The notes below the pieces were generated by a model that saw only the letters and a program-made list of their open reading frames with translations, searched no databases and was not told the DNA's origin. From contig NC_068982.1 in NCBI RefSeq assembly GCF_001194135.2, forward strand, positions 84,765,693 through 84,827,668: DNA of 61,976 nt. The letters are read 5' to 3'. Numbering within the stretch: the stretch's first letter is position 1; each line of letters opens with the position of its first letter. Made by a program: the position numbers and the translations under genes. Below, piece by piece: positions 37,601-49,300 of this stretch. The DNA is from Octopus bimaculoides. Its lineage: Eukaryota.

Positions 37601-38808
37601 ACAAGGTAGTAGAGGCCATAGAAATAGGAGTGTTTGATGGATGGGTACACCAACCATGTGAGTGTACAATTTGAGATAATATGTAACTATCAGAGCTTCC
37701 AGTATCAACCAGAGCATTGAGTTTCACACCATTTGCATACATTTACATACTTTAACAACAGCAGAAGACAATAATGTGGGAAGAGCTGCTGAAAATATGG
37801 CAGACAATATGGGATTTGTATTTGAAACATACTCATTGGAAATGACCAACTTTGTTGCAGGCTTTACATGTCACTTCCTGAGCTGGGCACTTGGGATGTG
37901 GATGTTTGTTAAAACCACAAGAAAAGCATTTAGATGTGGCAGCTGCTAAATTGGTGTCATGTAGTTTCATGCTTTGGGCTGGGAGGACATGTAGATTGTG
38001 TAGCACAGGATTCATTATAGGGAACAACTGAGCATATGCAACTTACAGATTGAGCTTCTGCTATCTCCAGCATCCATGCTTGGATGAAGGCCCGATCAAG
38101 GTCTAAGTTATCCTGTTCCAAGACCGTTGGCATATATTACTAGTATGCATACCACTGATGAAGGCATCTCTTATAGCTTCATTGAAATGTTCAACAGCTT
38201 TGTAACCACAATCTTTCACCAGTAATTTGAGTTTCTGGAGGTACTGATCCAAATTTTGGCTGTATTCCTGCTTGCAAGTGTACAACAGGTGATGTGCATT
38301 CACCACATTCTTTGGTTTCGTATACAATAAGATAAGAACATTGAGAGCTCTGTCGTACATGTCACAGTCTGCAATATATTTGAATATGTTGGGGCTGATG
38401 CGATTGGCGAGCAGCTGGAACTTATCTTCTTCCATCACATTGAGTGATTCTAGATAGTGAATGTAAAATACCAATGTTACCACTGTTCTCTGGAATTAGG
38501 TAAGGCTGAGTTGACATCGAAACATTCTGGGCATAGTGCTTTGTCCATAAGAAGAGTAGATTGTAGTAACTCTGGGTATCAAACTGGTGAGATTGTTGAA
38601 TATAGAAGACTGGAAATGATTGGTCGTAAATAGGCTTTACTCTTCTAAGAATGAAGGTACAGTATCTGTCATTAGTTGTTTTAATTGTGTACCTTGCTGA
38701 TCAGGAGCCAGCCATGTTTAAATATCATTCCAAAGCCTCATTTTCAAATGGCTAGCGAGGTGATGGAAATAATAGTAAGTAGTAATAATAACAGTAACTA
38801 TTATTACA
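34689..38808 (-). mobile_element. Ty3/gypsy element with both LTRs; decayed gag-PR-RT-RNaseH-IN
   Basis: Direct repeats 34689-34931 and 38562-38808 (TGTA..TAA / TTA..ACA ends, roughly 85% identical by eye); PPT AGGGGAGAA (34932-34940); CFSCG..HPHPKC; ALVDTGSS; AYHQIPI..FTAFE, IPFRVTNG; PFERLNVDF, IIDEFSRF, HSDHGAAF. Confidence 0.92.
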
Positions 38809-39010
38809 TGCATATGCATACTGACATTACCCATCCAGCAGAGCATGTTGGCCTCATTTCTTTCAAGGCCTTGCATGTCCTCTGTAATCACAGCCCATGT
38901 CTCAGGGCTATGTATCATAGCTGTTTGTACAAGACATCATACAATCTGCCTTTCACTCTGAGAGAGAGGCCCTTCATTACTAACAGAAGTAATAGCTCTC
39001 TGAATTTTGT
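38809..39010 (-). mobile_element. RTE LINE RT fragment (upstream part of the split copy)
   Basis: SPETWAVITEDMQGLERNEANMLCWMGNVS. Confidence 0.8.
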
Positions 39011-41575
39011 ATACTGATAGTATACAAACTAATATTTCTGAAAATTATAACATTGTTGATAATGCTAGTAATAGTAATAATTATAATGACAACAACAATA
39101 TTAGGCCCTATAACCATATCCAAATAGCAAATCACAGTACAATAGATGAATCACTAAACCTAGACCCAACACAGGATAGCGGCACACCTTATAGTACTTT
39201 CACATTAAATAATGATACTGCTACTAATAATAGAATATCCAACTCCACCTCAAATAGTAATCACGATAATCATTATACGAGCCACAATTCCAATATAATT
39301 AATAATATTGTTGATAGAAATAATAAATATAGTACCAGTGCTAACGGCAGAATGAATAGAGGTGGTGAAGCTTTGAACAACCCAAATAGAGGTAACCACC
39401 CGAGAACTAACATAGATAACAATCCTATAAGCAGTTACCCCCCAAATGCAAGCATAAGACGGCCTAGCAACTATAAAATTGGGTGCAATTGTGTAACATC
39501 ATCAGCATGTCCTTTACGTAGAAACTGCCTAGCAAAAAACATAGTATACCCTTGCAAAATAATTACTGAAACGAACACCCTCACCTACCTTGGGTGCTCT
39601 TCCTCCTGGAAATCTAGGTTCTATAACCTCATTATCTCATAGAATTTCGGAACTTAAAGACGAAAACATTAACTTTAACCTTAGATGATCCATAGTTGGA
39701 TCAGCCGCAATATATAGAAATAATAGAACTGGTCGCCAGTTATGTTCCTTAGAACTATTGAAAATCATTAGATTCCCTGATAAGAACAAGCTAATTAATA
39801 AGAGATCGGAATTCAAACCATCTTGTATACATAAAATGATTAAAACCTTTAGATACTATAATCCCTAAGTCCCCTCTTTTAAGTTATAATCACTTCAAAA
39901 TTTTCTCTCATTGATAACTCCCACGTCAGAGCCATCCTGCCACCATTAAGATATTGAATTAACGAAGCCTGTACTCTATCTCCAACTTAACTATTTACCT
40001 TAATTATTCAGTTTACCCTCGCATAGCTAGATTCTGACCCCATAATATACACACATATTTAATAACCTGGGATCCATAATCCCACCTTTACAGGAAAATT
40101 TTTAAACTATTTAGTCACTGACTCTAAGATTTCGAATAACACTACAATACACAAAGGTTACATTAAAGAACACTCATCACTGCAATGTTTTTATAATAAT
40201 ATTATACTAGTATTAATTAGGAGATGCAAACCCAGACTTCTTTATATTCATACACCAATACCCAATGATTAAAACACGATTATAGTAGTAGTTTCACTAT
40301 GCCATATAATTTACACAAATAGATAAACCGAAACTTCCCCAATCACAATATTTTTCTAATCAATGTACTTTTTCAAACCACTATTTTTTTAAATTTTTAT
40401 TATTATTATTGTATTACATTATGTAATACAATATTACTATTATATTACTATGGTTGAAATGTTCCCAATACTCTGTATTTTGAATTTTTAACTTCCAACC
40501 CTAGTTTTCCACTTTATATTTTCTATATTTTATAACCTTTTTTTACATTTTCTAAGTTTTCTTTGTTTAGTTTTTATATGTTCTAATTACCATTTACCAC
40601 TTCCATCATCTATTTATCCTCTAGATAAGTGTATGTACCAATATAATAGATAAGTTCGTATACAAGTTGTAGTGATGTGCTTTGGCTAAACTGACCACTC
40701 ATCACAAGGATATCATATTTCAAGTTTACTCTAGCTTGACATTATTTATGACCCCCCACTATTCTTGGCCAAGACAGCATCTTGTATGTCTGTCATTTAC
40801 AAACTCATCCCTTTAGATCTCTTTATCTATCTTTATTTCTCTTTACCTCTTTTTCTACTTTTAGGTTTTTTCTTATTCTTCTTTCTCTCTACTTCTGTTA
40901 TTTCATTTTATTTCTTTTATTTTTCTATTTCTTCTATTTATTTATCCAATTTCCTTGTGTTTTCCTTTACTNNNNNNNNNNNNNNNNNNNNNNNNNNNNN
41001 NNNNNNNNNNNNNNNNNNNNNNNNNNNNNNNNNNNNNNNNNNNNNNNNNNNNNNNNNNNNNNNNNNNNNNNNNNNNNNNNNNNNNNNNNNNNNNNNNNNN
41101 NNNNNNNNNNNNNNNNNNNNNNNNNNNNNNNNNNNNNNNNNNNNNNNNNNNNNNNNNNNNNNNNNNNNNNNNNNNNNNNNNNNNNNNNNNNNNNNNNNNN
41201 NNNNNNNNNNNNNNNNNNNNNNNNNNNNNNNNNNNNNNNNNNNNNNNNNNNNNNNNNNNNNNNNNAAACATATTACAATGGATAATACCAAGTGAACTTC
41301 CCCTTTTTCTCTCTCCTGTTTCTCTCTCTTTTTCTTTTTTCTTTGTGATATAATCTTGGGAAAGAATATATTTGCGGCTGAAGATAGCTTTAAACCATCC
41401 TGTCTATCAACTATATACTCATATAATGATCCAACGACTGTTTGTGTATAAAGCTTGAAACACGTGTACCGCGGAATCCTTTGTGTTCTGTTTTAATTTT
41501 ACGTTTTTAATTTATTCTTTCACCTCGGCCACTATCTGGCATATACAGGTGCTTACAATTATCAAGTATTACCTC
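39011..41575 (+). mobile_element. 5'-truncated Naiad-type Penelope-like element: Asn-rich linker, GIY-YIG endonuclease, long AT-rich 3' region with hammerhead
   Basis: GCNCVTSSACPLRRNCLAKNIVYPCKI..YLGCSSSWKSRFYN, then in another frame ELKDENINF.LR*SI..LCSLE..II..KLINKRSE..CIH, ending at ~39867. Confidence 0.75.
41371..41475 (+). ncRNA. Type I hammerhead ribozyme with extended stem II
   Basis: UUUGCGG-CUGAAGA-U-AGCUUUA[56 nt]UAAAGCU-U-GAAA-CACGUG-UA-CCGCGGA; predicted cleavage after GUA (41468|41469). Confidence 0.85.
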
Positions 41576-41849
41576 TAAAATTTGCTATATATATATATAT
41601 ATATATATATGGCCGCAGTCAAATTGACTGAAAGAATAAAAGAATATATATAGCAGCAGCAGTAGCAGAAAGGAGATGATGGTTACTGGAAGTGAGTGCC
41701 ATGCTAGTGAGGACTTAGAACCACATAGAGAAATACACAATAGCATCAGATGTAAAACTTAATGAGAGACAAAGAACAAGAATTTATATCACAAATGAGG
41801 AAAAGACAAAATGACTGCATCTTTCCTAATGAAGTAGTGAGTTGGACAG

Positions 41850-42400
41850 ACCTGCTCTTCTTTGCATTTCAAGTTGCAATGGGAGTTCATCTGGTATGTC
41901 AAATAAAAATTTAGTCAACTGATATTTGAATACATCCACATCTACACCTTGTAGATCTCTGAGGCCTTTTATCCACATATTGAAAAGTTGTAAGTCTCTG
42001 AACCTGTTTAGAGTTGTGAGCCTCTAAAGCTGTTACAGTTTGGGGTTCTTATTCTGGACAGAGAAAGAGCAGGATCTTTGGTACTATGAAATAGTATCCA
42101 GTTCAGTGACTAGTATAGCTTTCAATTTAACTCCAAAGTTGGGTACTAAACCTGCCAGAATCCTCATATATATCACTACATATTTTTTACATGTTCTTTT
42201 CAGGAAGTGGAGCTTCAGCTCATTTAGTCTTTCCCAATAGTCCATCTACTACACTAAAGTGGTACTGGATTGCCTTGTGTTCTGCTGTTAATTTGATGGT
42301 TTGTGATGACCATAATTGGGAGCAGTAATTCAGATGACTGACAACAAATGTTCTCCACAGGAGCAACATAGTTTCCAGAAAAGCATGGACAAGGTGATGA
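41850..42400 (-). pseudogene. CR1-type LINE RT C-terminal remnant
   Basis: ETMLLLWRTFVVSHLNYCSQLWS..AIQYHF; SFRGSQLFN; GVDVDVFKYQLTKFL..IPDE. Confidence 0.7.
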
Positions 42401-42559
42401 AGACTGACCTCAGGTCCTTGAATCTCACAAAAGATGTGACAAAAGATCAAGATGGCTGGCAATACGCGTAACCTAATTTCTTTCCTCCTCAAAACACCCA
42501 TCATGCATTAACTCCCTATTTGCAGTCTTTCTTTATGCTACTTTTCTTACTACCTGGAA

Positions 42560-43245
42560 TCAGCTCACTTGTTATTGTCAACCATTAATACTGATTGCCA
42601 TCTATACTTTCATTGATCATCCACCCAAACCTTTACTGTCATACATCTCCTTCCCCACTACCATATGCCTCACCTTCTTAATACACTGTGTCTGCCTCTC
42701 TTCCCCATCCACCCCTACAACCAACCTAACAGGATGTCATCCCCCTTTCACCCTTCTCCTGTTTACTGTATCATCATTTCTGTTCTGCTGCTCCACGTTA
42801 TCACACATCCCCATATCCCCCACTACCACCACCACTCGATCTATCCCCACTTGTACCTTAACACTTCATCACTCATATCTTTTATCACTTTCCATCTCCA
42901 TCTTATCATTCTCATCGTCTCTCCTAAAATGTGAGTTGTCATACAGCAAGAAAACTGTTCTGTTCAGCTCTTTTCTTTCATACTTTACCCATCTCTACTT
43001 TTTGTTCTTTTAGCATAAAGTTCCCCACTATTCAAGGTTCATAATCTTGCAAGCTGCATGGTTACCTCACTAGTGTCGGTGACAGATAAAGCACCCAGTG
43101 CGCACCGTAAAGTGATTGTTATTAGGAAGGGTATCAAACAAACACAGGAGCTCAATGTTGTCCTTGGGTCCATCAGATCCTGTCAAATTGCCCAACTCAT
43201 GCCAGCATAGAACATGGATGTCAAATGATGTTGCATGTATGTCCT
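42560..43245 (+). mobile_element. Non-autonomous element: pyrimidine-rich body plus RTE-type tail; related copy at 53040-54010
   Basis: Both copies share AATGTGAGT.G.CAT..CAGCAA.AAA.CTGTTCTGTTC...CTTGCAAGCT.CATG...CCTCACTAGTG...TTAGGAAGGGTATC. Confidence 0.55.
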
Positions 43246-43857
43246 TAAACTGCATTCAGTATTGAAACTCTAATTCAGGAGTTCTGAAGTTGTCAGGAGC
43301 GTGGAGTCACCCCTTAATTACCATTACTCTCAGGTTCATTCTGATCTGAAACAGTACTACCTGTCAGGGTCCCATCTATAGGTTAAATAGATTTCCTAAG
43401 GGTAGAGGAGGCTCCCATTATTTTTGACAAAGCTGTGGAGAAGGCAGCTCATCAAGGAGAATGATACTCTAACATAATTGTTGCAGCCAAAATAATACCA
43501 GTCATCTAGCAATCCTTGTCACTGGAACCTATGGTGACTGAGAAAGTGGCAAAACTGCTGTAAAAGCTTTTGTTACTTAAATCCAGAGATGTACAGATGT
43601 TTCACTATCATTTCTTGATTCCTTTTGTATTTTATAAAGCCTTATGGCAATGGGTGCATGGTGAAAAGTTAGTTCCATGCAAATGCACGGATAAAAGTAA
43701 ATCAGAACAATCAGGATGAATGTGTGACAGCTATCATGTGACGAAATGAGGCAATCATCATGTATGTACGTACATATATACATCAATCTAAAGATAAACA
43801 TTTATGACAATGTGCTTGCATGTTCGTGTATATGTTTGTGCATATGTGTGTATGGGA

Positions 43858-43998
43858 GTAGGCATGGCTGTGTACTTAAGAAGCTTGTTTCGCAGGCATG
43901 TGGTTTGGGGTTCATTCCTATTGAGCAGTACCTTGGGCAACTGTCTTCTTCAAAAGTTCAGAATTGACCAAAGCCTTGTATGTGAATTTGGTAAGAAT
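43858..43998 (+). mobile_element. tRNA-derived SINE with CORE-like segment
   Basis: GGCATGGCTGTGTACTTAAGAAGC (A-box-like), GGGTTCATTCC (B-box-like), ACCTTGGGCAACTGTCTTC. Confidence 0.6.
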
Positions 43999-44050
43999 CC
44001 CATTATATACATAGTGTATGTGTGTGTGCACGCGTACATGCAAATACGTA

Positions 44051-44955
44051 TGAGGTGGTACCAAGAAGTTCCCGAGGTAGTTATGTTTAATAAAAAATAA
44101 CTTATTTACCTAAGTTTTAACATCATCTCCTTCGAAATAGCTACCTTGCACAGCAATACACTGGTCCCACTTTTGGAATCCGGCCAGGAAGTCATTTTCT
44201 GCAAGCAAGTTGAGGACATTCTGTGATCCACTCTTGATCTTGACAATGGTGTTAAAACAGCGAACACTGAGCTGCATTTTCATCTTGGGGAAGAGATCGA
44301 AGTCCACAGGTGCTCAATCTGGCAAATAGAATAGGTGCAGAAGCAATACCATGTTGTCTTTGGAGAGAAACTCACAAGTGAGGAGAGCTCAGTGACAGGT
44401 GCATTGTCATTGTGAAGAATCCAATTGCTTGTGCTCCACAGATCAGGTTGCTTTCACCAAATTTCCTCCCACAAACAATTCAAAATATTGTTGATTGTCC
44501 TCTGATGATCCTCATGCACAAACTGATGAATTTTCTCCACATTTCTGGGTGTAACACTCATGGCAGGTCTTCCAGATCACACATCATCTTCCAGGGACAT
44601 TCTTTCACTTTTGAAGCACCTGTGCCATTTGAAACATTGCGTACAACCCATTGCCTTGTCACTGTAAGCTTGCCAAAACATGCTTAATGTCTCTGTAGCA
44701 GACTTTCCAAGATTAACACAAAATTTCACTTTGGCTCTTTCTTCCAACTTTCTGTTTGTGACAAAAATAGCAGAGTACAGCATACATGGGATCATAAAAG
44801 CACAAATTTCACAACTTTCAAAGTAAACACAGCAATGTCACTTGGCACACTGACTTATGAAGGTCACTGCTAGCTCTCACTGTGCATGCAACTATGGGCT
44901 GCCATCTGTTGGCACACTACAGAGCTAGTCCAGGAACTTTTTTTATACTACATCG
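44051..44955 (-). mobile_element. Mariner-family transposon, internally deleted, with TA target-site duplication
   Basis: Degenerate TIRs TGAGGTGGTACCAAGAAGTTCC / CGATGTAGTATAAAAAAGTTCC flanked by TA; VKFCVNLGKSATET..QCFKWHRCFKS..LEDD; WILHNDNAP; DFDLFPKMK..WDQCIAVQGSYFE. Confidence 0.9.
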
Positions 44956-46489
44956 TATGTATGCTCTGGTAAATGTAACAAAACATTTACTGTCATACAA
45001 GAAAATATCTTCAAAGCAGAGGTAAAAGTTACTTTGCTTAGAAATAGGTATGGGTTACAGAATATGTGGTTGTAGAAAATCTGCCTCAACAAATCTCATC
45101 TGATTCATCCAAGCATGGCAAATTAGATGTTTAAAAAAAGATGATGATGATGTTGTGTCAGGACCTCCTTCAAAATGGCTTCCAGCCAAGTCTTCACCAA
45201 GTTCTGTGCCTTGGATTTCAGTGACCTGCAGCTCCTGCTCTCTCTGAACTGAGTGATGTTGCTGAAGAAATCATCTTCTTCATCCTCATTGCTGGTGGTG
45301 TTGCTACCCTCCTCATTGGTCTCCATTAGAGCTGTCTCTACAACAGTCTCCATGGCATCCATTACTCTGCTAACCTGGTTGTTATTATAATGCTCCAGCC
45401 AGAACAGGCGAAATTTGGGGTGGCAGACAGCAGCCATCTGGCATTCAAGGTCTTCTAGGAGGAGCCCAAATCTTTTTGTGATGCCTGCCAGTATTGCGTC
45501 TACCAGAGGATAGCAGTACAGGAGCTGTTTGAACTTGGCCTCCTTCAACTTCATGACAGTAGCCACTACAGTTGGCAAAAGGCTCCAGAGATAAGCCTTA
45601 TCCTCCCTCTAGATTTTATCTAAGGCCTTGGCAACATTAGAAATCACCTAGGCATACTGCATCAGGAAGCCGACATCAGAATCATTGAAGGTCTGCAGCT
45701 TCAACTGTGTCATCACCTTGCGGACAGCTCCCCTATTCTTCTCCAGCAGGTTGTTAAAGACAACAACAGAATCATAGGTAGAGTTCCATCTGGTACTGTT
45801 GGGGACCACCAACCTTCTCTTCAATGCGTTCAGAATGCTGTCTGCCACTACTGTGCTATGGCTCTGCAGATCCCACAGCCATTGTGCCTTGGACATGGCC
45901 TTCCTGTTGGCTGACTTGAACAAAGCACTGTCAAGAGCTTTGTCAGGATCCATGCTGGCTACCAAGTTGAAGATATGGGCTGCACACTTCATGTGCACTG
46001 GCAGGTTCAGGCCCAGGCCACTGGACTTGTCAAGGATGGCATCAACAGAGATGTACTCAACTTCATCCACATCTTCAGCCTCAGCGTCCAGGTCCACATG
46101 CCCTCTACATCTGGATCAGCAGCAGCCTCATGAATGTCTGGCAAGAGTTCAACTTCTGTACCAAACTGCATAAACACCTTAAAGCTTTTGCCATTGTCTG
46201 TCATGATCCTGGTCACCTTGTCTTGCAGATGGAACTTGTAATGGATGTCTATCAAGACCTGGGCCAGAACATCAAAGGTATGATGTCTTCTGAGACAAGA
46301 GCAGGCCAGGGTGGCATGTTGTCTCATGTGAGTCTAGGGGTCCAGTCAGTGTACTGTCATCCTCAGGTAGGATCTGTTGTGGGCCAACCAACAGTTCATG
46401 GTGGTCGTCACCCAGGGGACATCCTTCAGTAATCTGTTAAATTGTTAAGAGACATAAGTTATAAAGTTAAAAACTTAAAATTATATATA

Positions 46490-47746
46490 CAGGGTGCGTA
46501 AGATATTTGAGGACAGATTTGCGTTTATAAAAAAACAGATATATAGTAACAGATAATAACTTTATTTATCAAAAAATGCTATGAGGATAAAAATAAACCA
46601 TTTTTATAATGTTATTCAATAAAGCCACCTTCAGCTTCAACAACTGCTTCTATATGAGATCTAAATCATCTATATGCTCAAATCAAGTAATCCTGGTTCA
46701 TTTTGGACATTACTCTAACTCTGGCAGCTTTCAAAGAATCTTTGGTGTTATGGATGTGGTCATTGACCTCTCTCTCTCAACAACGCTCCACATGTAATAG
46801 TCCAATGGATTGAGATCTGGGGAATTAGGAGGCCAAATGTTAGGTGTTATGTGATCATGAAAATTTTCAGCCATCCTTTCCTGTGTTACTAGAGCCATGT
46901 GTGATAGTGCAGAGTCTTACTGAAACACATATGGTCTTCCATTTCATACACTGTCTATCCAGGGCTTAACAATCATTTCCAGAACCTCAATGTATGTGGC
47001 AGAGTTAACTCCAAGGCCTTGTGGAAAGAAGTAAGGAGGCATCACATGTCCTTCATTGCTGACAACCCCTAAAACCATGACAGTTGCAGGAAATTTTGTA
47101 TGCATAATATCTGGAACTTCAGAAGGGTCTGCACATAACCATCTGTCATTTCTTCTGTTAACTTTTTGATCTTGGTCAAAGTTTTTCTCATTTGAGAAAA
47201 ACCAAATCAAATCTTCTGCTGGATTTTTCAGTTTAAGAGCCTTCTAGATCTGATGTAGTGATTTTCTTTTGCTTTTTCTGACAAATTGACCTTTCCTAAT
47301 CATATAAGACTTATATCTGATGTCTTCGTGGACAACATTTCTGACTGTTCCTTCTGACACATGGAGATCTTTTGCAATTGACCTCATGGACTTTCTGAGA
47401 TTGTCATCAATGGTCTGTTGAACTTGCTAGATAAATTCAGGTATTCTGATGATTTCAGAGCATTTAGAATGCTTTTTATGCTTTGATACTGGTGATACAT
47501 TTCCATCTTCAATCTTTAGCTCATTACAAATTTTGTAGATGAAAGATCTGGCAACTTTTAAAAATCGAGATATTTCTAAATCACTATGCTCAACCTTTAT
47601 AACCACATTAACAGCATGCCTCTTCATTTCTTGAGTAAGCTGAGGGTCTGCCATTATTATTTTCTGAAACAAAGATAATACAGAGTTAGAAAAAAATGCA
47701 GCAAATACCCCAAAAAGGTATGTCCTCAAATACCTTACGCACCCTG
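46490..47746 (-). mobile_element. Full-length maT-family (DD37D) Tc1/mariner element; transposase pseudogene at 46612-47654
   Basis: 26-bp TIRs CAGGGTGCGTAAG(A/G)TATTTGAGGACA (25/26 identical) with TA flanks; FFSNEKNF; FQ*DSA..WPPNSPDLNPLDY with 37 residues between the second and third catalytic Asp. Confidence 0.95.
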
Positions 47747-47879
47747 TATATATAATCAAGGTGGCTCAACAAGGAAATAATAGTTTAACATTTGTTACTA
47801 GGCTGTTCTAAATTCATGGAAATACTGCTTATAATTTAAAGCCTTCTTATTAAACTTTTGAAAGTAGTGACACTATTTT

Positions 47880-48770
47880 GATAGGTGACATGTTGGGGTG
47901 ATGAATAACCAAGATGTGGGATGGAATAATGATTGGAATTTGAGAAGTTCAGAACTGTAGAAAAGGCGTAGGTAGGAACTCCATAATAAGTACCCAGTGT
48001 AAGCTATGGACACATAAGAGGTGCAGCAATATCAAAGGAAGGTTAAATGGGAGGATAGTTTTTGTGTGTGGCAGATGCACAGGTGCAATAAACACTGACA
48101 ATATACAGAAAACAGATTCCATCACATGCCAGGAGCAAAAATAGAAGTAATTGATAGCTTCTGTTACTTAGGTGACCAACTCAGTAGTGGGAGTAGATGC
48201 TCTGAGAACAAAGCTACTAGAATAAGAATAGCCTGGGCAAAGTTCAGAGAGCTCCTACCTCTGCTGGTAACAAAGGGCATCTCACTCAGAGTGAAAGGTA
48301 GACTGTATGATATCTGTGTGCAAACAACCATGCTACACAGCAGTGAAACATGGGCTGTGACTGCTGAGGACATGCGTAGGCTTGAAAGAAATGCAGGTAG
48401 TATGCTCCACTGGATGTGTAATGTTAGTGTGCATACATGACAGAGTGTAAACACCCTGAGAGAAATGTTGGACATAAGATGCACCATTCAAGCATGACCA
48501 ATTCTGCCTGACTGGCACCCATGCCAGTTGTGCACAAAAAGCACCTTTTGAGTATGGCCAATGCCAGTGCTGCCTGACTGGCTCTTGTACCAGTGGTACA
48601 TAAAAGCACTCAGTACACTCTCAGAATGGTTGGCATGAGGAAGATCATCCAACTGTAGAAACCTTGCCAAATCAGATTAGAACCTGGTGCAGCCTCCCAG
48701 CTTGCCAGTTTTCAGTCAAACTGTCCAGCCCATGCCAGTATGGAAAGTGGATGTTAAACGATGATGATGA
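47880..48770 (+). mobile_element. RTE LINE 3' fragment with PHD-like zinc finger in the RT region
   Basis: CRKGVGRNSIISTQCKLWTHKRCSNIKG..FVCGRC; VIDSFCYLGD; VKGRLYDICV..SETW; (GAT)n tail. Confidence 0.85.
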
Positions 48771-48834
48771 GAACTTAATGTTCATTTATATGTTATTTCA
48801 TTAAAGACTGCTGTTTTAGCTGTGCAGACTTAAT

Positions 48835-49300
48835 TCGACGACTGGCACCCGTGCCAGTAGAGTGCTAAGATCACCATCCGAGCTTGATCGCTACCAGAGC
48901 AACTGACTGGCTTCCATGCCAGTGACATGTAAAAAGCACCATTAGAGCATGATCGTTACTAGTGTCGCATTACTGGCACTTGTGCCGGTGGCACATGAAA
49001 AAACACTTGAGCGAGGTCGTTGCCAGTGCCACTGGGCTGGCTCCTGTGCAAGTGGCACATAAAAAACACCACTTGAGCGTGTCCGTTGCCAGTACCGCCT
49101 GACTGGCCCTCGTGCCGGTGACATGTAAAAGCACCCACTACACTCTCGGAGTGGTTGGCGTTAGGAAGAACATCCAGCTGTAGAAACTCTGCCAGATCAG
49201 ATTGGAGCCTGGTGCAGCCATCTGGTTTGCCAGTCCTCAGTCAAATCGTCCAACCCATGCTAGTGTGGAAAGCGGACGTTAAACGATGATGATGATGATG
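48835..49300 (+). mobile_element. RTE 3' UTR copy
   Basis: Near match to 20260-20692; ends GGACGTTAAACGATGATGATGATG followed by (AT)n. Confidence 0.85.

Noticed and set aside
39686-39688. In-frame TGA in the Naiad endonuclease as possible selenocysteine
   Set aside because: It falls where Trp is expected (TGG to TGA), the ORF is otherwise broken, and no SECIS was identified.
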